Shown here: piece by piece, positions 47,891 through 61,314 of the stretch | Position numbering within the stretch: the first letter of the stretch is position 1 | How the letters are laid out: each line of letters starts with the position of its first letter | Assembly (NCBI GenBank): GCA_002269645.1 | Contig: NIVC01000121.1 | Location: 124,001 to 188,000 of the forward strand | Length of the DNA: 64,000 nucleotides | Direction: 5' to 3' | Source: Macrostomum lignano | Lineage: Eukaryota | The notes under the pieces: generated by a model | Databases searched by the model: none | Seen by the model: only the letters and a program-made list of their open reading frames with translations | Told to the model about the DNA's origin: nothing | Made by a program: the position numbers and the translations under genes

Positions 47891-50800
47891 GTTGTCGGTA
47901 ACATTTGTAAGACTACATCGGCACGCTTTCTGAATCTCTGATGCTATCGAAGACACAGAAGGTTCAGCTGCCTACTTGAGCTTCCTTTCCTGCCTCGGTC
48001 AATAAACTGGTCACTGAAGCATTTACTGTCTTAGCACAGGTACAATATATATAAATGGGGAATATTAATATATACCATTTATTCATTATAATCGACAGTT
48101 TTCTCGTTCTTTCTTCACGCGTCCAGGTCTGCGGCCTACAGAGCGTTGTTGGCAGAGAATGTTCTCTGTTTGCCGTCGTATTTTTTACAAACTTAACAAT
48201 AAACAGAAATCCTTGGGCTTTTTTTGAACTTATTATCATTAATTTAAACTAAATAAAAAAATTACTGTTATTAATTTAGCTTTTTTAAGTGTTGTGAGCC
48301 CCGTCCTCCGGAGCAACGCCTACAGCTTTAACCTGTCGGGAAGCTGCGACCCCCAGGTCCCCAGTCAGAGCTCCCTCCCGCGCCCTAGGGAGAAGCAGAA
48401 AAAAGGACAGTAACTCGACGCGAACACGAACTTACACACCGTAACCGATGCAGTTCGCCGTGCACTTTTTATGGTAGATCGACGAGTCGTTTTAGTCAAT
48501 AGCCAACGGAGGCGGACCAACGCGCGCAAGGGAGGAGTCTGCCCTCCAGACAGCAACTATATATTTTTCATTGGTCCTACACGTACATGAATATAACTTA
48601 AGAACAAATGTACGGTACAGCAGGGGAGGTGGGGCGGGGTGGCGTGATCGGCGTACGCATTGATTATTGATTGGAGGGGTGGGGCAGACTGGAGGGTTGG
48701 GGCGGGGCAGGAGGGCGAGAAAGGGCACGATTGCACAACATAAGTTATTATCCAGGATTAAAGAACGTATGTATTGGCACAATAAAAATGAATATTTAGT
48801 CAGAATTTGTATGAAACTAGTCATGTGGGGAATACTGGGCTAGAATAACGCTCGTTGATGGGCCTAAGTTGGTGTGCCCCACAAAGAGCTAGGTTTCTCA
48901 CCCAGGTTCTAGTTATAGAGAAATCATTGGTTCAGTCAAGGATTGGTTTCTTAGCTTCAACTTCTCTCGGTTTGTCTGTCTCTAAGTTTCCGAGCTACGA
49001 GTATCTCTACTCTGATAAACCCAGACTCTAACTTGCTCCAAACCCAAGTGTGACTGAATCTGACTGCGACTGCTAACAACAGCCGTGACTGCTAAGCTAG
49101 CACAATCCTTCTTTCACCGCACTAAGCCCGGCAGAAACTGCTGACGGCGGACGCAAGCGATCGAGAACTGCCGATCTGCACGGAGTGCTATACTCTCTCT
49201 CGTCTTATTTTGCTCCTATGAGATCAGCACTTCATCGAAGGCTGCAACTCCAAGGAGCTGGTGGCAGCAGTACCTGCGCTACGAGTAACGATTTCTCAGA
49301 AGCTGGTCTCTCTAGAAGGCGCCCCTCACCTTTGTGACCCGTTATGAAAATCAACAATTTTGCTGCAAACAACACCTTGATTGTAAACAACAACACAACA
49401 AAAAGCACCTTCGTCGCCAAAATAAGTGCCTGCGGCGCAAAAATGCGTGCTAATTCAACATCAATTTCCAAAATAATGTAGGAGTTTATTGATAATTCCT
49501 GGCTGTCTGCCCCCCCCACCATAAAATCCAAAGACGTACCATCCTGAAAAGTACCCGATCGGGCCCTCCCTACCCATAATTAAGCAGCACGCTGCGGTGC
49601 TGTTCGACCTCACATACTAAGCGTATCCTGATTCATTTATACCCATCGTGTCAAAGATATTGGGCGTCCAGCTATTGTTTGACAACGTCAACATGAAGTG
49701 CTTACCTGTATTGTTTCTCCTCTTGCGGATCTTGACGTGGCCGTTGACAGTAGAGAGTGATCAGTAGAGTGAACTTTACATGCCGTGCAATAATGAAATG
49801 CAAACCCGAGAACAACAGTTTTTTTGCATAGTTGTTTCTTTGTTAGAGTTACGTTGTTGTTACCTGTCCGAACTTTTTTGAATGTATCTTTTCAAACAAA
49901 ATGTACTATAATCATTAATCGTACAAGCTATCTCCGCTAGATGCACGCAAATTCGGCGACAAACTAATTCGGCGACACGTATTTTTATAGCTAAAGACAA
50001 GTTAGAGCAAATTAAATGTAATAAAGGCTTTCTTAAAATGCTCGTGAAAGTTTATAAATGTAAAAAATGCCCGCATAAGCGTGTTAAAATACCCGAAAAG
50101 TGTGTTGTTAAATTGGACATCCCGCGTATTTGAGAATGTGGTACATGTACGTGGTGCATGGGGACCACTTGACATTTTAAAATTTGGTCATCTTTCTTTG
50201 CATGGCATATTTTTGCGAATCCCTTTCCCCGACATTGTAACCAACGGAAGGACCTTGTTAGGCATACAAGAAAATCGTTTTTTCAAAGTCTCAAAGGTCT
50301 TTGCTTATTAGGAGGCCGCCCAACCTTAAATTAACGAAAATTTCTTGGAAAGGACTTTCAAAACTCACAAGGATAAATAGTAGATAAAACAAACTCAATT
50401 AAAAGGGAAAGCTAATATGCATTGAAGAATACCATTGTACTAAAGGAATTATCTAAATTATACACAATTTTTCTCTTTATTATTGTCGCCGAATTTGCTT
50501 TTGCCGAATTGGTCAGCACCCTCTCAACTATAGGATATCACTCTCATTAACTACGCTCGTATGTTTCAGATGTCTTCGTTCCTAACCTACTTGTAAATAA
50601 AAATTGATATCCTAAAGAGTAAGAAACAGTAATGCTTGAGAAATTTATGCGTATTGGATAATAAACGTGTATTATTTCCGACATATTATAGTATAACACA
50701 ATTGCATCATCGGTATCGTGCTGTCGGGTCAATAATTTTTACTGGAAGTAGAATATGAAAACTCGGATGGTTGGCAACAGGATCTACGAGCAGTTGCTCT

Positions 50801-51091
50801 ATTAGTCTGATCCGCGGTTGACTTTCAAGCAAGAGAGCTGTTCTGATTTGTCTTTTTTGATGATGGTTAGTACGGTTCTACTTTCAAGTTTCCTGAGAAA
50901 CTTCAGGTCATAATGTTAGATAACGTAAGCCTCAGTTTAGCAGCTCTCCATGCTCCGAAATAAACAACTGCGACAAACTAAAGTTGACAATTTTAGGTTA
51001 CATATATAAATACCGATTACAGTGAAACTAAAAGACAAAAGGTGGGGGGCGAATCAAGTCCTTGTCGGTTCAGTTAAGCGATAAAATAGTG

Positions 51092-54000
51092 TCAGAAGAA
51101 AGAGATCGCCCTAGGCTCAGAGTCGATCGAGTCCATGGACATCCTGGTGATCTTGCTGATCTCCTCCTCGCTGAAGATTGGCACGGAGCTGTCCAGCGAG
51201 TTCAGGCAGGTCTCCATGACGCTGCTGAGAACGGCCTGAGGATTGGACCTGTAGTTCAGAGCCTCCGGCAGCCTGTTCACCTGACACAGTCCGACCCTCT
51301 TGTAGGATTCGTGGGCGTACGGGCGGACGATGGTCACCTTGGGCTCCTGGCCGCTCACGTCGACCTCGACTTCGTACAGGTTGACCTTGTGCACAGCCTT
51401 CACTTTCTGGCTGCTCACCGTCAGCTGGAAGTTGCCGTCAATTTCGGCAGTCTCGCTGCTCGAAGCGACGATTGTCTCCTGGGCACCGTTCTTGCTGTAG
51501 GTGACGCGGTGGGTGCTGTCCTCCGGCACGGTGATCTTCAGCAGGGTCTGCTGGTTCTTTCGCAGCTGAATCTGGCGCACCAGTTTGCCGCTCTCGCGCG
51601 AATAAACCATCTGAACGCTGTGGGCAACAGAGCTGTCCTCGCCAATCTGATCAACGCTCAGGACAATCGGGGTCTTGCTGTCGGCCAGGCGGTTCTTCAT
51701 CTCCTCATTCAGGAAGCGAACCTCGCGCCTGTGGTAGTCGCGAGCCCGGTAGAACGGCAGAACCTTGCCGGCCTCAACCTGGCACTGGTTGGTCTTCTTC
51801 TTCAGCTGATCGCGGCAGATGCTGCTCTCCTCGGCGTTGGTGAACTTCTTGATCGTCTCGTAGGCCTGGCTACCCTCGACCTCAATCTCGGACGGGTGCG
51901 ACAGCTCGCAGATGGCATCCTCGCTCTGAGAGACCTGGCTAGCCTTGATGATGATGCGCCTGTCTGAGGTGATCTTCACGGTAACACGCTTGTCGTCCTT
52001 GCTGATCTCGAACTTCACTAGGTGCTCCTTGGCGTCAATGTTGGCGCTCAGACCAGCGGGCAAAGAGTCGCTGGACAACTCGTTCAGAGACGGGGAAGTA
52101 GTGGTCAGGATCTGCTTGAACGAGCCAGTCTGGACAATGACCTTGCTCTGGCTGGCCTGCAGGTAAACGCGGACACGCTGCTCATCGATCTTAGCAACGG
52201 CCAGCTTGACAGCACAGTCAGTGCTGCGGATGATCTGCTTCAAAGCGGGGGACACCATGTCGAACTCGGCGTGCTTGAATGTCTTCACCTTCTTGTTGTC
52301 CTTGATCTGGCAGCTCTGGCGCCTCTGGGGAAGATCGTACGACTTGTACCAGATCTTGTTGGGCAGGTACAGGCTGGTCTCAGGATTGTACAGCTCATCG
52401 GTCTCCTGGTTCATCCGGCAGCTGTCAGAGATAGGAAGAACGTACTGCTCAACCATCTTCTTTGGCGAGGTGACCACCTGGTGATAGTTCGGTGCCTTGA
52501 ACTCCTGGAACTTCTCGGCGTTGTAGTCGCCGCACAGGCCGCAAACCTTGTTGTGGTAGAACGGAGAGACGCGGATCTCAACCTTGCGGAGCTTGGGACC
52601 TCCAACAAGGACGGTAACCTTGTGCTGAACACTCTTGATCTTGTACATGATGTTATCGGCAAACTGGTACTTGGAGATGACGATGGTCACTGGGCCCTTC
52701 TCGGTGTTGATCGTGCGCCTCATAATCTCGGTCTCTTCCTTGGGCTCGGCGGTGTGCTCGATCTCGGCACCGTTGACCTTCACGGTCGCCTTCTGCTCGT
52801 CGCGGTTGATTGGTTTGCTCACCTCGATGGCGAACGGCCGGCTGCTGTCAGTGTTGAAGTGGATGGTGATGTACTTCTTGTCACTCTTGGCGTGAGTCAG
52901 GACCTGGAACTCCTTCTTGTCGGAGCAGTCCCTAGCTAGCAGCATGGGGCACTGGTTCTCAGAGATGCTGCTGAACAGATCCTTCGGGATAGAGTAGATG
53001 ACGTTGTCGAAGGTCCTGATGTGAGAGTGGAGCAGGCTGCACTTGGAGGCACCACCCTTGGCGAAGTCCTTGGCAGCAGTCATGAGTGGGTCGACGCCAG
53101 CCCAGAAGAATGGCGCAGACGGCAGCTGGATAGAACGCCAGATGTACTTCCTGTTTGGACCGGTAACGTTCAGGTGCTGCACACGCATGTCAACTGGAGA
53201 CGGGCTCGAAACAATGACGATCTTGTTCTCGGCTGTCCGCGGGATCATGGTGTCAGCCAGGAATGGCCTCAAAAAGTCCTTCAGCTTCTGAACGATCTTG
53301 TCCAGCAGAGGGCTGCTCTTCTGGCTTAGGAACCAATCGACCTTCTTGTTGATTTCGATCTTGGTCTGGCTCAGCTTGTTGAACTTCTTGAACTGGCGGA
53401 GGCAGCTCGGGGTGTACAGCGGGTTGGCAGACAGAGGCTCCTCCCGGATGCTCTTCTTGGACTCGTTCAGGCAGGCGGCCAGCAGCGGGAACATCTTCTT
53501 CATGTCCTGCTCAGACAGTTCGGAGTCAACCAGAAGCTTCTTCAGCTCAGAGTTGGCAGACTGCTTGATCTCGATGGTAGCGATTTCCCTCTCGTCATCG
53601 TTGATGTTCAGGGTCATCTTGAGCTGACGGTCAGTGAACCACTCCTCAGACTGTAGAGGGAGGCTTCTTGGCTTCATCTTCAGATCTTCGGGCAGTTCGA
53701 TTTCACCGCTGGTCTTCAGCTGGTAGCCGGTGGTGCGGAAGCTAGACGGTAGGTTGAGGAACCAACGCAGATTGAAGTCGAATGTGATCCTCTCAGAGCT
53801 TAGGTCCTTCGGGGTAAAAGCGGCTTTCACCAGCTTCTGCTGGATGGTCTCGCTCTCCTCGCTGGTCATGATCACTCTGTTGACCTCCAGCTTGATCTGG
53901 GGCACCTTCTTAGAATCGTCTTCCGGGTAGATGATCTCCAGCTTAGAGTTAATGGCGGTGTTGGCCGAGCGGTCAGACTCTTCCTTAGGCACAACGTAGA

Positions 54001-57000
54001 CAGTGTATTCCGATGGGCCCATGAACAGAGCGCACGGGGCCTGGTACAGGTGCTTGGCAGAGAAGTACTTTCCTTCGATCTGGATTTTGAATCCAAATGG
54101 AGTGAAGATGTTGCTCCAAACTGGGCTGTAGTTCATCGTGGTCTCGTCAGCCACCTTCCTGTGCCTGATGATTGTGTCCAATGTTGTAAAAGTAAGTCTT
54201 CCACTGGTGAACAGCGACTCCGAGATGGTAGAGAAAGCGTCGTTCTCAAACTTCACAATCGGGACCTTAGTTGTCGGAACGGCCAGCTTGAAGGATACAA
54301 CGATCTTCTTCGGATTGGTCTTGTCAAACTGGGCCCTGAACTGGTAGAGGACATCCTTGTTGACCTTCAAAGAGGTTAGCCACTGGTGGTAGTGGTTGAG
54401 GACGTGCATGTTGCTGCCAATCCTGCGGAAGCCAGTGACCTTGAGCGGGAAAAACAGTGTGGCGTCGACCTTGCCAGTATCATCGGATAGGTCCTGGCGG
54501 ACGTCAACCCTCGGCTTGAAAATGATGTTCAGCAGACAGTTGAAGTCTAGAATGGTTCCAGCGGGCGTCGGGATCTCAAAGTTGCTGCTGATGGTGAACA
54601 AGCCGTCGAAGGGCTTCATGAACTTAGCAAAGCTAGCCATGGACTTCTTCAGCGCTCGGCTGTTCATGTTCCTCACGGAATCGACGATCTCGCGAGTGTT
54701 CTTCATGTAGACGATGTCGTAGCCCATCAGAGAAATGGTCAGATCCATATTGGGCACCTCGCTCAGAATCCTTGGCAGGATCTGCAGCAGCTGTTCAGAG
54801 TCGGAGGTAGTAGCATCCAGGCTGCGCGAGACCCTCTTCAGCAGCTTCATCACACCGCCGGCCTGGCTGATCATGCCGCGGGGTCCGAAAACCTTCTCCA
54901 ACATGCCCTGTAGGCCCTGGGAGCGCAGGCCGATCTCAAGAAGTGGTGCGTTCATGCCCAAGTTCTGGTGCTCGATGCGGAAGTGGGTCCAGCGCGGGGT
55001 AAAGGCCTTGTCGGATACGATCATGTCGGTCTCAACAGTGAAACCCATCTGATGCAACTCGTCCCACAGCTGGCCGTGGAAGACGCGGCTGTAGACAAGG
55101 TCGAGTGGCTGGCGACGCTTCACCATCGACAGAGCCGATCGGACGGTCTGGCTGACACGGCTGTAGCGAGGCAGAGAGTTCTTGGCGATCTGGCTCATGT
55201 GCTGCACGCAGTAGGTGTACACCTGCTGGGTGGGCTCGCTCAGGATCGATTGGATCAGCATGTTCAGCACAGTCTGCTTGATGTTCTCGCACTGCATTAG
55301 GACGCGGTAGCAAGCGATGCGGACCTCGGGATCCTCCCGAACGTTACGGAAGCATGAGATCAAGTCGGCCTGGATCTGGCTGCTGATTTGCTTGAAGTGG
55401 CTGGCGTGCTCGCTGTCCTCACGGATGTACTTCTCCTCCTGGCTAACAGATCTGGCGTCCTGGGCGGTGACACGAACCAGTGTGTTGCGACGAAGCATGT
55501 TCTGGGTGGCGTAGACGGCCTGGACTCGCTCGGTCACCTTGGTGGTGTCCCTCTTGCGGATGATCGGGGCCAGCTTCTCGTACAGCTCAAACAGTCCGCA
55601 GTTCTTGGTCACCTTCAGAGCCAGGTTGCGGGCGAAGTCGGTCTTGTCAAGGCCCTGTCTCACCTGACGGATGAACTCGCGGCGGAACTCCTCGGAGTCG
55701 GCGGCTTGCGCCTGACGAGCTTCCCATGGGGCGTTGCGCCACTGGCGCTTCTGCTCGGCGTTATTTTGGATCGGGTGCATGTAGGGCTCAACACCGCCCT
55801 GTTTGGCGTAGTAGACGTTCACTAGAGCGCCCATGCTCAACCAGGCGGTGGAGAAGATCGGCATGCGCTCAGCGGTCATCAGATTGCTGCGGAAGCCGGA
55901 ATCCTTGACGACTTCGAGCATCGTCTGGAGCATCTTCAGCTGGACCTTCTCCATCATGCTCAGCTTGGTGAAGATGATGGAAATGTGGTAGACGTTGAGA
56001 TTGGCACGAGTGACAAAGTCCCTCTTCGGGGTAATGTTAGCCAGCATCTTGACGACCTGCATCAAGAACTTAACGGCGCCGTGGGAGCCAATCTGTGGGC
56101 AGATGTCCAGGATGAAGGCCTTCAGCTGCTGCTCATTGCGGGTGGTTTTCAGCTCCTCAACGATTTCGTTCAGATCCTGCTCCTTGTTCAGGTGGAGGCG
56201 CAGAATGCGCAGGATGCTCTCGTACACCTTCATGTCGACCTCATTAGAGTCGATCTTGAGCAGCTGGTCGAACAGCTGGACAACCTTGGACTTCATGGCC
56301 TCGCGGTCGACGTTCTGGCCCTCCTCCGGGTAGACCAGACGAATGCCCTCAGGCTGCTCAGTTAGGCTGCTGACATCGATGGGAGCGGCGTCCTGAGGAG
56401 TCTCGCTCGAAAGAAGACGCAGTTTTTGCCTGAAATACGAGGTAGAAGGTGAAAGAAAAAGTAGTATTTATTGCGAGCCCCACTTGACTGAAAATATTTA
56501 TTCTATAATAAAGAATTTTACGAACTACTTACACTGTGAAAAACCTTCTCGCTGCCTTGGGTTGAATCGCTGTAGGGAACAGCGAAGTGCACGGTCTTGG
56601 CGGAGGCCTTCCGGATGGTCGGAGTCATCTGGTCGCTTCCCATGTCGATGAGGTACTGGGCCATGTTGCTGACATCGATGACGTTCTTCTTCTGCTTGTC
56701 GCCTGGCATCATGCGCACGTGGCGCAGGCCGTTCCAGATGCCCGGCAGGCTTCGGGTACCGTCGATCGGGTTCAGGCAGTTGTTGAAGTCGATGGCCTTG
56801 TCAACGCGGAACACCTGCGAGTCGGACTCGTGGTATTCAACCTTTTTGGCGCTGTAGAAGGTCTTGCAGGTGGCGGCAACTGTCATCTGAAATTAGGAAG
56901 ATTAGCAAAGTGATTAGTAAATTTCCAATCAACCGCGGAAAACAGGTATAGAAGTAATTTTATTGCGTAAATATCTCACCTCGTCGGTCTCCTTAGTCCA

Positions 57001-57780
57001 CTGGCCTTTCTCCAGGGTGGCTCTTGAGGCATCCTTTGGGATGAAGTTGACCTGCAGCAGGCTCAGACAGCCCTTCTTGATGTTGACGCTCCAGAAGGGG
57101 TCCTCCTCGTCGAAGAGCACCTTGGCGATGGCGAGGTCCCTCGGTCGGATCAGAACGCCGAATGGTTTCTTGAGGGTGCGCTCCATCTGGTACCAAAGGT
57201 CCGGCTTCTCGATGTTCCTGAACTGCTCCATGGGCAGCAGGGTCTTCGGCAGCGCATCGGTGGCGTTGTTGCGCTGGCGAATGTTGACCGAGCGGAACAC
57301 CACCGACCAGCGCTCGGCGCCAGTTTCGCTGTCCACGGCGCCGTCGGTGCGCATCACAACCTCAAAACGCATCCGCATGGTGCTGAACGCGTTGCTGACC
57401 TCCTCGATGCCGGTGGCCACTTGGGCATCGTACTGGTACCTCAGTTCACGGGGCGTGTTCGATCTGAGCTCGCGAGACCGCAGACTTGCGGTCGCTGTGA
57501 AGAAGTGAATAGAAGGCTAGGTTTTAGTACATGTGGACTAGTCATTTGGCCCTCCTTAAGGGGGGCCCAAATAATTCAATCCATAAATATATTTGGTTAG
57601 TTAAAAACCAGTTAATAAATTAAAGAATCGAAATTACTTAACCCCTAATAGCGAACTTTTTTCATAGCGCAATTCTAACTAAAATGCACTACTTGTATCT
57701 AGTAGTAAAAGGCAAATCGAAAAAATTGCAAGACACTTACCGGCTAGGCCAACGAAGGCCAGAAGAAGCAGCAGCTTCAT
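51092..57780 (-). CDS. Vitellogenin-like / large lipid transfer protein (signal peptide, Vitellogenin_N, DUF1943-like region, vWD); 4 exons, ~2080 aa
   Basis: Exon 1 57780-57741 (MKLLLLLAFVGLA signal peptide), exon 2 57494-56980, exon 3 56886-56533 (TCKTFY, IDFNNC) and exon 4 56429-51092 (ALKVTKNCG, EVRIACYRVLM, EIGLRSQGL, CSLLHSHIRTFDN...VCGLCGDYN). Strong GC3 bias. The exon 3/4 phase conflict is discussed in findings. Confidence 0.88.
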
Positions 57781-57898
57781 AGTCAGTCGGAGTCAGGTGC
57801 AGAGTCAATGCTCTTAGGCTGTCGTTTCAGAGATGTTGCTTCAGGTTGTATTAACCTCTCTCCAAACTTAAATCTTCACCCTTGCATTCTGGCACTGC

Positions 57899-57905
57899 TT
57901 ATATA
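57899..57905 (-). promoter_or_regulatory. Candidate TATA box of the vitellogenin-like gene
   Basis: TATATAA on the minus strand about 120 bp upstream of the ATG at 57780. Confidence 0.5.
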
Positions 57906-58489
57906 GAGTGGCTAACAGCCCTCAGATCCAGGCCATAGTGACTTTGTCAGCAATTTTCAGCAATTTCCAAAGAAAAAAAACTGCTTCTTTCAGCAAAATT
58001 CAGGACGATTTGATCTGTGTTTCTCTACCCCCCCCTGTCTCTGCCTGGGTGGACTGACTTATAGCTGCAGGACCTGTGTCTTATCATCTTGCGGTGAGGT
58101 AAGCAGTTTTTGTTAAACGATCAAAATACGAATCTCAGACCCAGAGCGCAGCCGAAAATGTAATAGTTCAAGCGCACTTCGAAGCCTTCGAAAAGCAAAC
58201 TGCATGGGTTTTTTATATAAATAAGTAATTCTCTAATTGCGATTGTTAGGATTAATCCTTGATTTTTTGCTCACCACCTTTGATTCGATTTTCTGTTTCT
58301 GGGGCTTAAAGAACATCTTAACCTTCAAAATATCAATAAAGTTTGACAAAAATTATTAATAGTTTTTGTCTCATTTTACTTTCATCGATAAGTTATTCTA
58401 GACCAGAAGGCCAGTTCTTTTCATCAAAATTTCGACTCTAAAATGGTTTGCTTTTTGACAGTTTCATCCGTAGCCTGTTTATTCATAGT

Positions 58490-59265
58490 TTCATCCATAG
58501 ACAGTTTGATACATAGAGAGTTTGATTCATAGACATTTTGATCGATAGACAGTTTGATCCATAGACATTTTGATACATAGAGAGTTTGATCCATAGACAG
58601 TTTGATCCATAGACATTTTGATCGATAGACAGTTTGATACATAGAGAGTTTTATCCATAGACATTTTGATCCATAGACAGTTTGATCCATAGACAGTTTG
58701 ATCCATAGAAATTTTGATCCATAGACATCCATAGACAGTTTGATTCATAGAGAGTTTGATCCATAGACAGTTTGATCCATAGACAGTTTGATCCATAGAA
58801 ATTTTGATCCATAGACATTTTGATCCATAGACAGTTTGATCCATAGACATTTTGATCCATAGACAGTTTGATCCATAGACAGTTTGATCCATAGAAATTT
58901 TGATCCATAGACAGTTTGATCCATAGACAGTTTGATCATAGAAAGTTTTCCATAGACATCCATAGACAGTTTTGATCCATAGACAGTTTGATTAGACAGT
59001 TTCACCCATAGACAACCCATAGACAGTTTCACCCATAGACAGTTTCACATAGACAGTTTCACCCATAGACAGTTTCACCCATAGACAGTTTCACCCATAG
59101 ACAGTTTCACCCATAGACAGTTTCACCCATAGACAGTTTCACCCATAGACAGTTTCACCCATAGACAGTTTCACCCATAGACAGTTTTACCCATAGACAG
59201 TTTCACCCATAGACAGTTTCACCCATAGACAGTTTCACCCATAGACAGTTTCACCCATAGACAGC
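58490..59265. repeat. 16-bp tandem repeat (TTTGATCCATAGACAG grading to TTTCACCCATAGACAG)
   Basis: Directly visible. Confidence 0.93.
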
Positions 59266-59675
59266 TTGGCAGCTATAGCTAAATACAGTATTTTACAGTA
59301 ATACAGTAGTTTACTGTACTAAATACAGTAGTCAGTAGAAAGTAGAAAAGTCAATAGCAACGCTCTCACGGCACAAAAGTTTTCCCATAACACTAAATCG
59401 ATTTAATCAGCGTATGCATGGTCAGGATTAATGAGCTTCCAAGTCTCATAGAAAAATAATCGGGGAAATAATCCTAGATCATGACAGATCGATTAAAGGG
59501 TAGCAGTGTGTATGACTATAGGCAACTTTGAGGTAGTTTGAATAACTTGGATTGACTACGTTCATCCATGATTCATCCATATTTTGATTATAATACAGAA
59601 ATCTCCGTTGGGGTTTTTCCTATTAGTACAGTTTGAACTTTAGAATATTAGCTATCATCGGCTAATCTCTAATTA

Positions 59676-60300
59676 AATGGCGCCAATATCCAATAAAATC
59701 GCGCCAATCTCTATCTTTAATGAAATGGCGCCAATCTCTATCTTTAATGAAATGGCGCCAATCTCTATCTTTAATGAAATGGCGCCAATCTCTATCTTTA
59801 ATGAAATGGCGCCAATCTCTATCTTTAATGAAATGGCGCCCATCTCTATCTTTAATGAAATGGCGCCAATCTCTATCTTTATTAAAATGGCGCCAATCTC
59901 TATATTTAATGAAATGGCGCCAATCTCTAGCTCTTTATATTTAATGAAATGGCGCCAATCTCTATCTTTAATTGAAATGGCGCCAATCTCTATCTTTAAT
60001 GAAATGGCGCCAATCTCTATCTTTAATGAAATGGCGCCAATCTCTATCTTTAATGAAATGGCGCCCATCTCTATCTTTAATGAAATGGCGCCAATCTCTA
60101 TCTTTAATGAAATGGCGCCAATCTCTATCTTCAATGAAATGGTGCCAATCTCTATCTTTAATGAAATGGCGCCCATCTCTATCTTTAATGAAATGGCGCC
60201 AATCTCTATCTTTAATGAAATAGCGCCAATCTCTATCTTTATTGAAATGGCGCCAATCTCTATCTTTAATGAAATGGCGCCAATCTCTAATGAACTGGCG
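59676..60300. repeat. 27-bp tandem repeat (AATGAAATGGCGCCAATCTCTATCTTT)
   Basis: Directly visible; translates as (MAPISIFNE)n. Confidence 0.95.
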
Positions 60301-60655
60301 CCCATGGCAGGCATTCAGCTGCCTTCCACTATACTGTAATATTGTGGCATGAAAAAACGTATTTATGCAAGTTAACAGTGCACTTGAACTTTTATCTTCA
60401 GACAGTTCGCTAATGGGTTTATTTTTAAGTTTCCAGACCAGTTTTGACAGGCAAAGATTATGGTTTGGATAGCATACAGCTGGCGCAAAAGAGTTGCTTA
60501 ACTGCGCAAGATAAAGTTTTTGCTGACGCAAAACTTTTCAATCAATTTTTCACTATGAGTAATAAAATTGATTTAATGACTTTGAGAGTTGAGAGTTGTT
60601 ACAGTACTGTTGTACCTGGGCGTGCGCCTGTGTGAGCATGCAAACTAGCCTCTGA

Positions 60656-61314
60656 GAACAGAATAGAATAGAATAGAATAGAATAGAATAGAATAGAATA
60701 GAATAGAATAGAATAGAATAGAATAGAATAGAATAGAATAGAATAGAATAGAATAGAATAGAATAGAATAGAATAGAATAGAATAGAATAGAATAGAATA
60801 GAATAGAATAGAATAGAATAGAATAGAATAGAATAGAATAGAATAGAATAAAATAGAATATAATAGAATAGAATAGAATAGAATAGAATAGAATAGAATG
60901 GAATAGAATAGAATGGAATAGAATAGAGTAGAATAGAATAGAATAGAATAGAGTAGAATAGAATGGAATAGAATAGAATAGAATAGAATATAATAGAATA
61001 GAATAGAATTTTAATAGAATAGAATAGAATAGAATAGAATAGAATAGAATTTTAATAGAATAGAATAGAATAGAATAGAATAGAATAGAATAGAATAGAA
61101 TAGAATAGAATAGAATAGAATGGAATAGAATAGAATGGAATAGAATAGAGTAGAATAGAATAGAATAGAATAGAGTAGAATAGAATGGAATAGAATAGAA
61201 TAGAATAGAATATAATAGAATAGAATAGAATAGAATTTTAATAGAATAGAATAGAATAGAATAGAATAGAATAGAATAGAATTTTAATAGAATGGAATAG
61301 AATAGAATAGAATA
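60656..61314. repeat. (GAATA)n pentanucleotide microsatellite
   Basis: Directly visible. Confidence 0.98.

Noticed and set aside
48290-49560. Solo LTR or host exon
   Set aside because: GC-rich, TG-starting sequence, but no defined CA end, TSD or credible ORF.
51062-56365. Plus-strand ORFs up to 305 aa overlapping the vitellogenin-like exon
   Set aside because: Antisense shadows caused by strong GC3 bias; no recognisable motifs.
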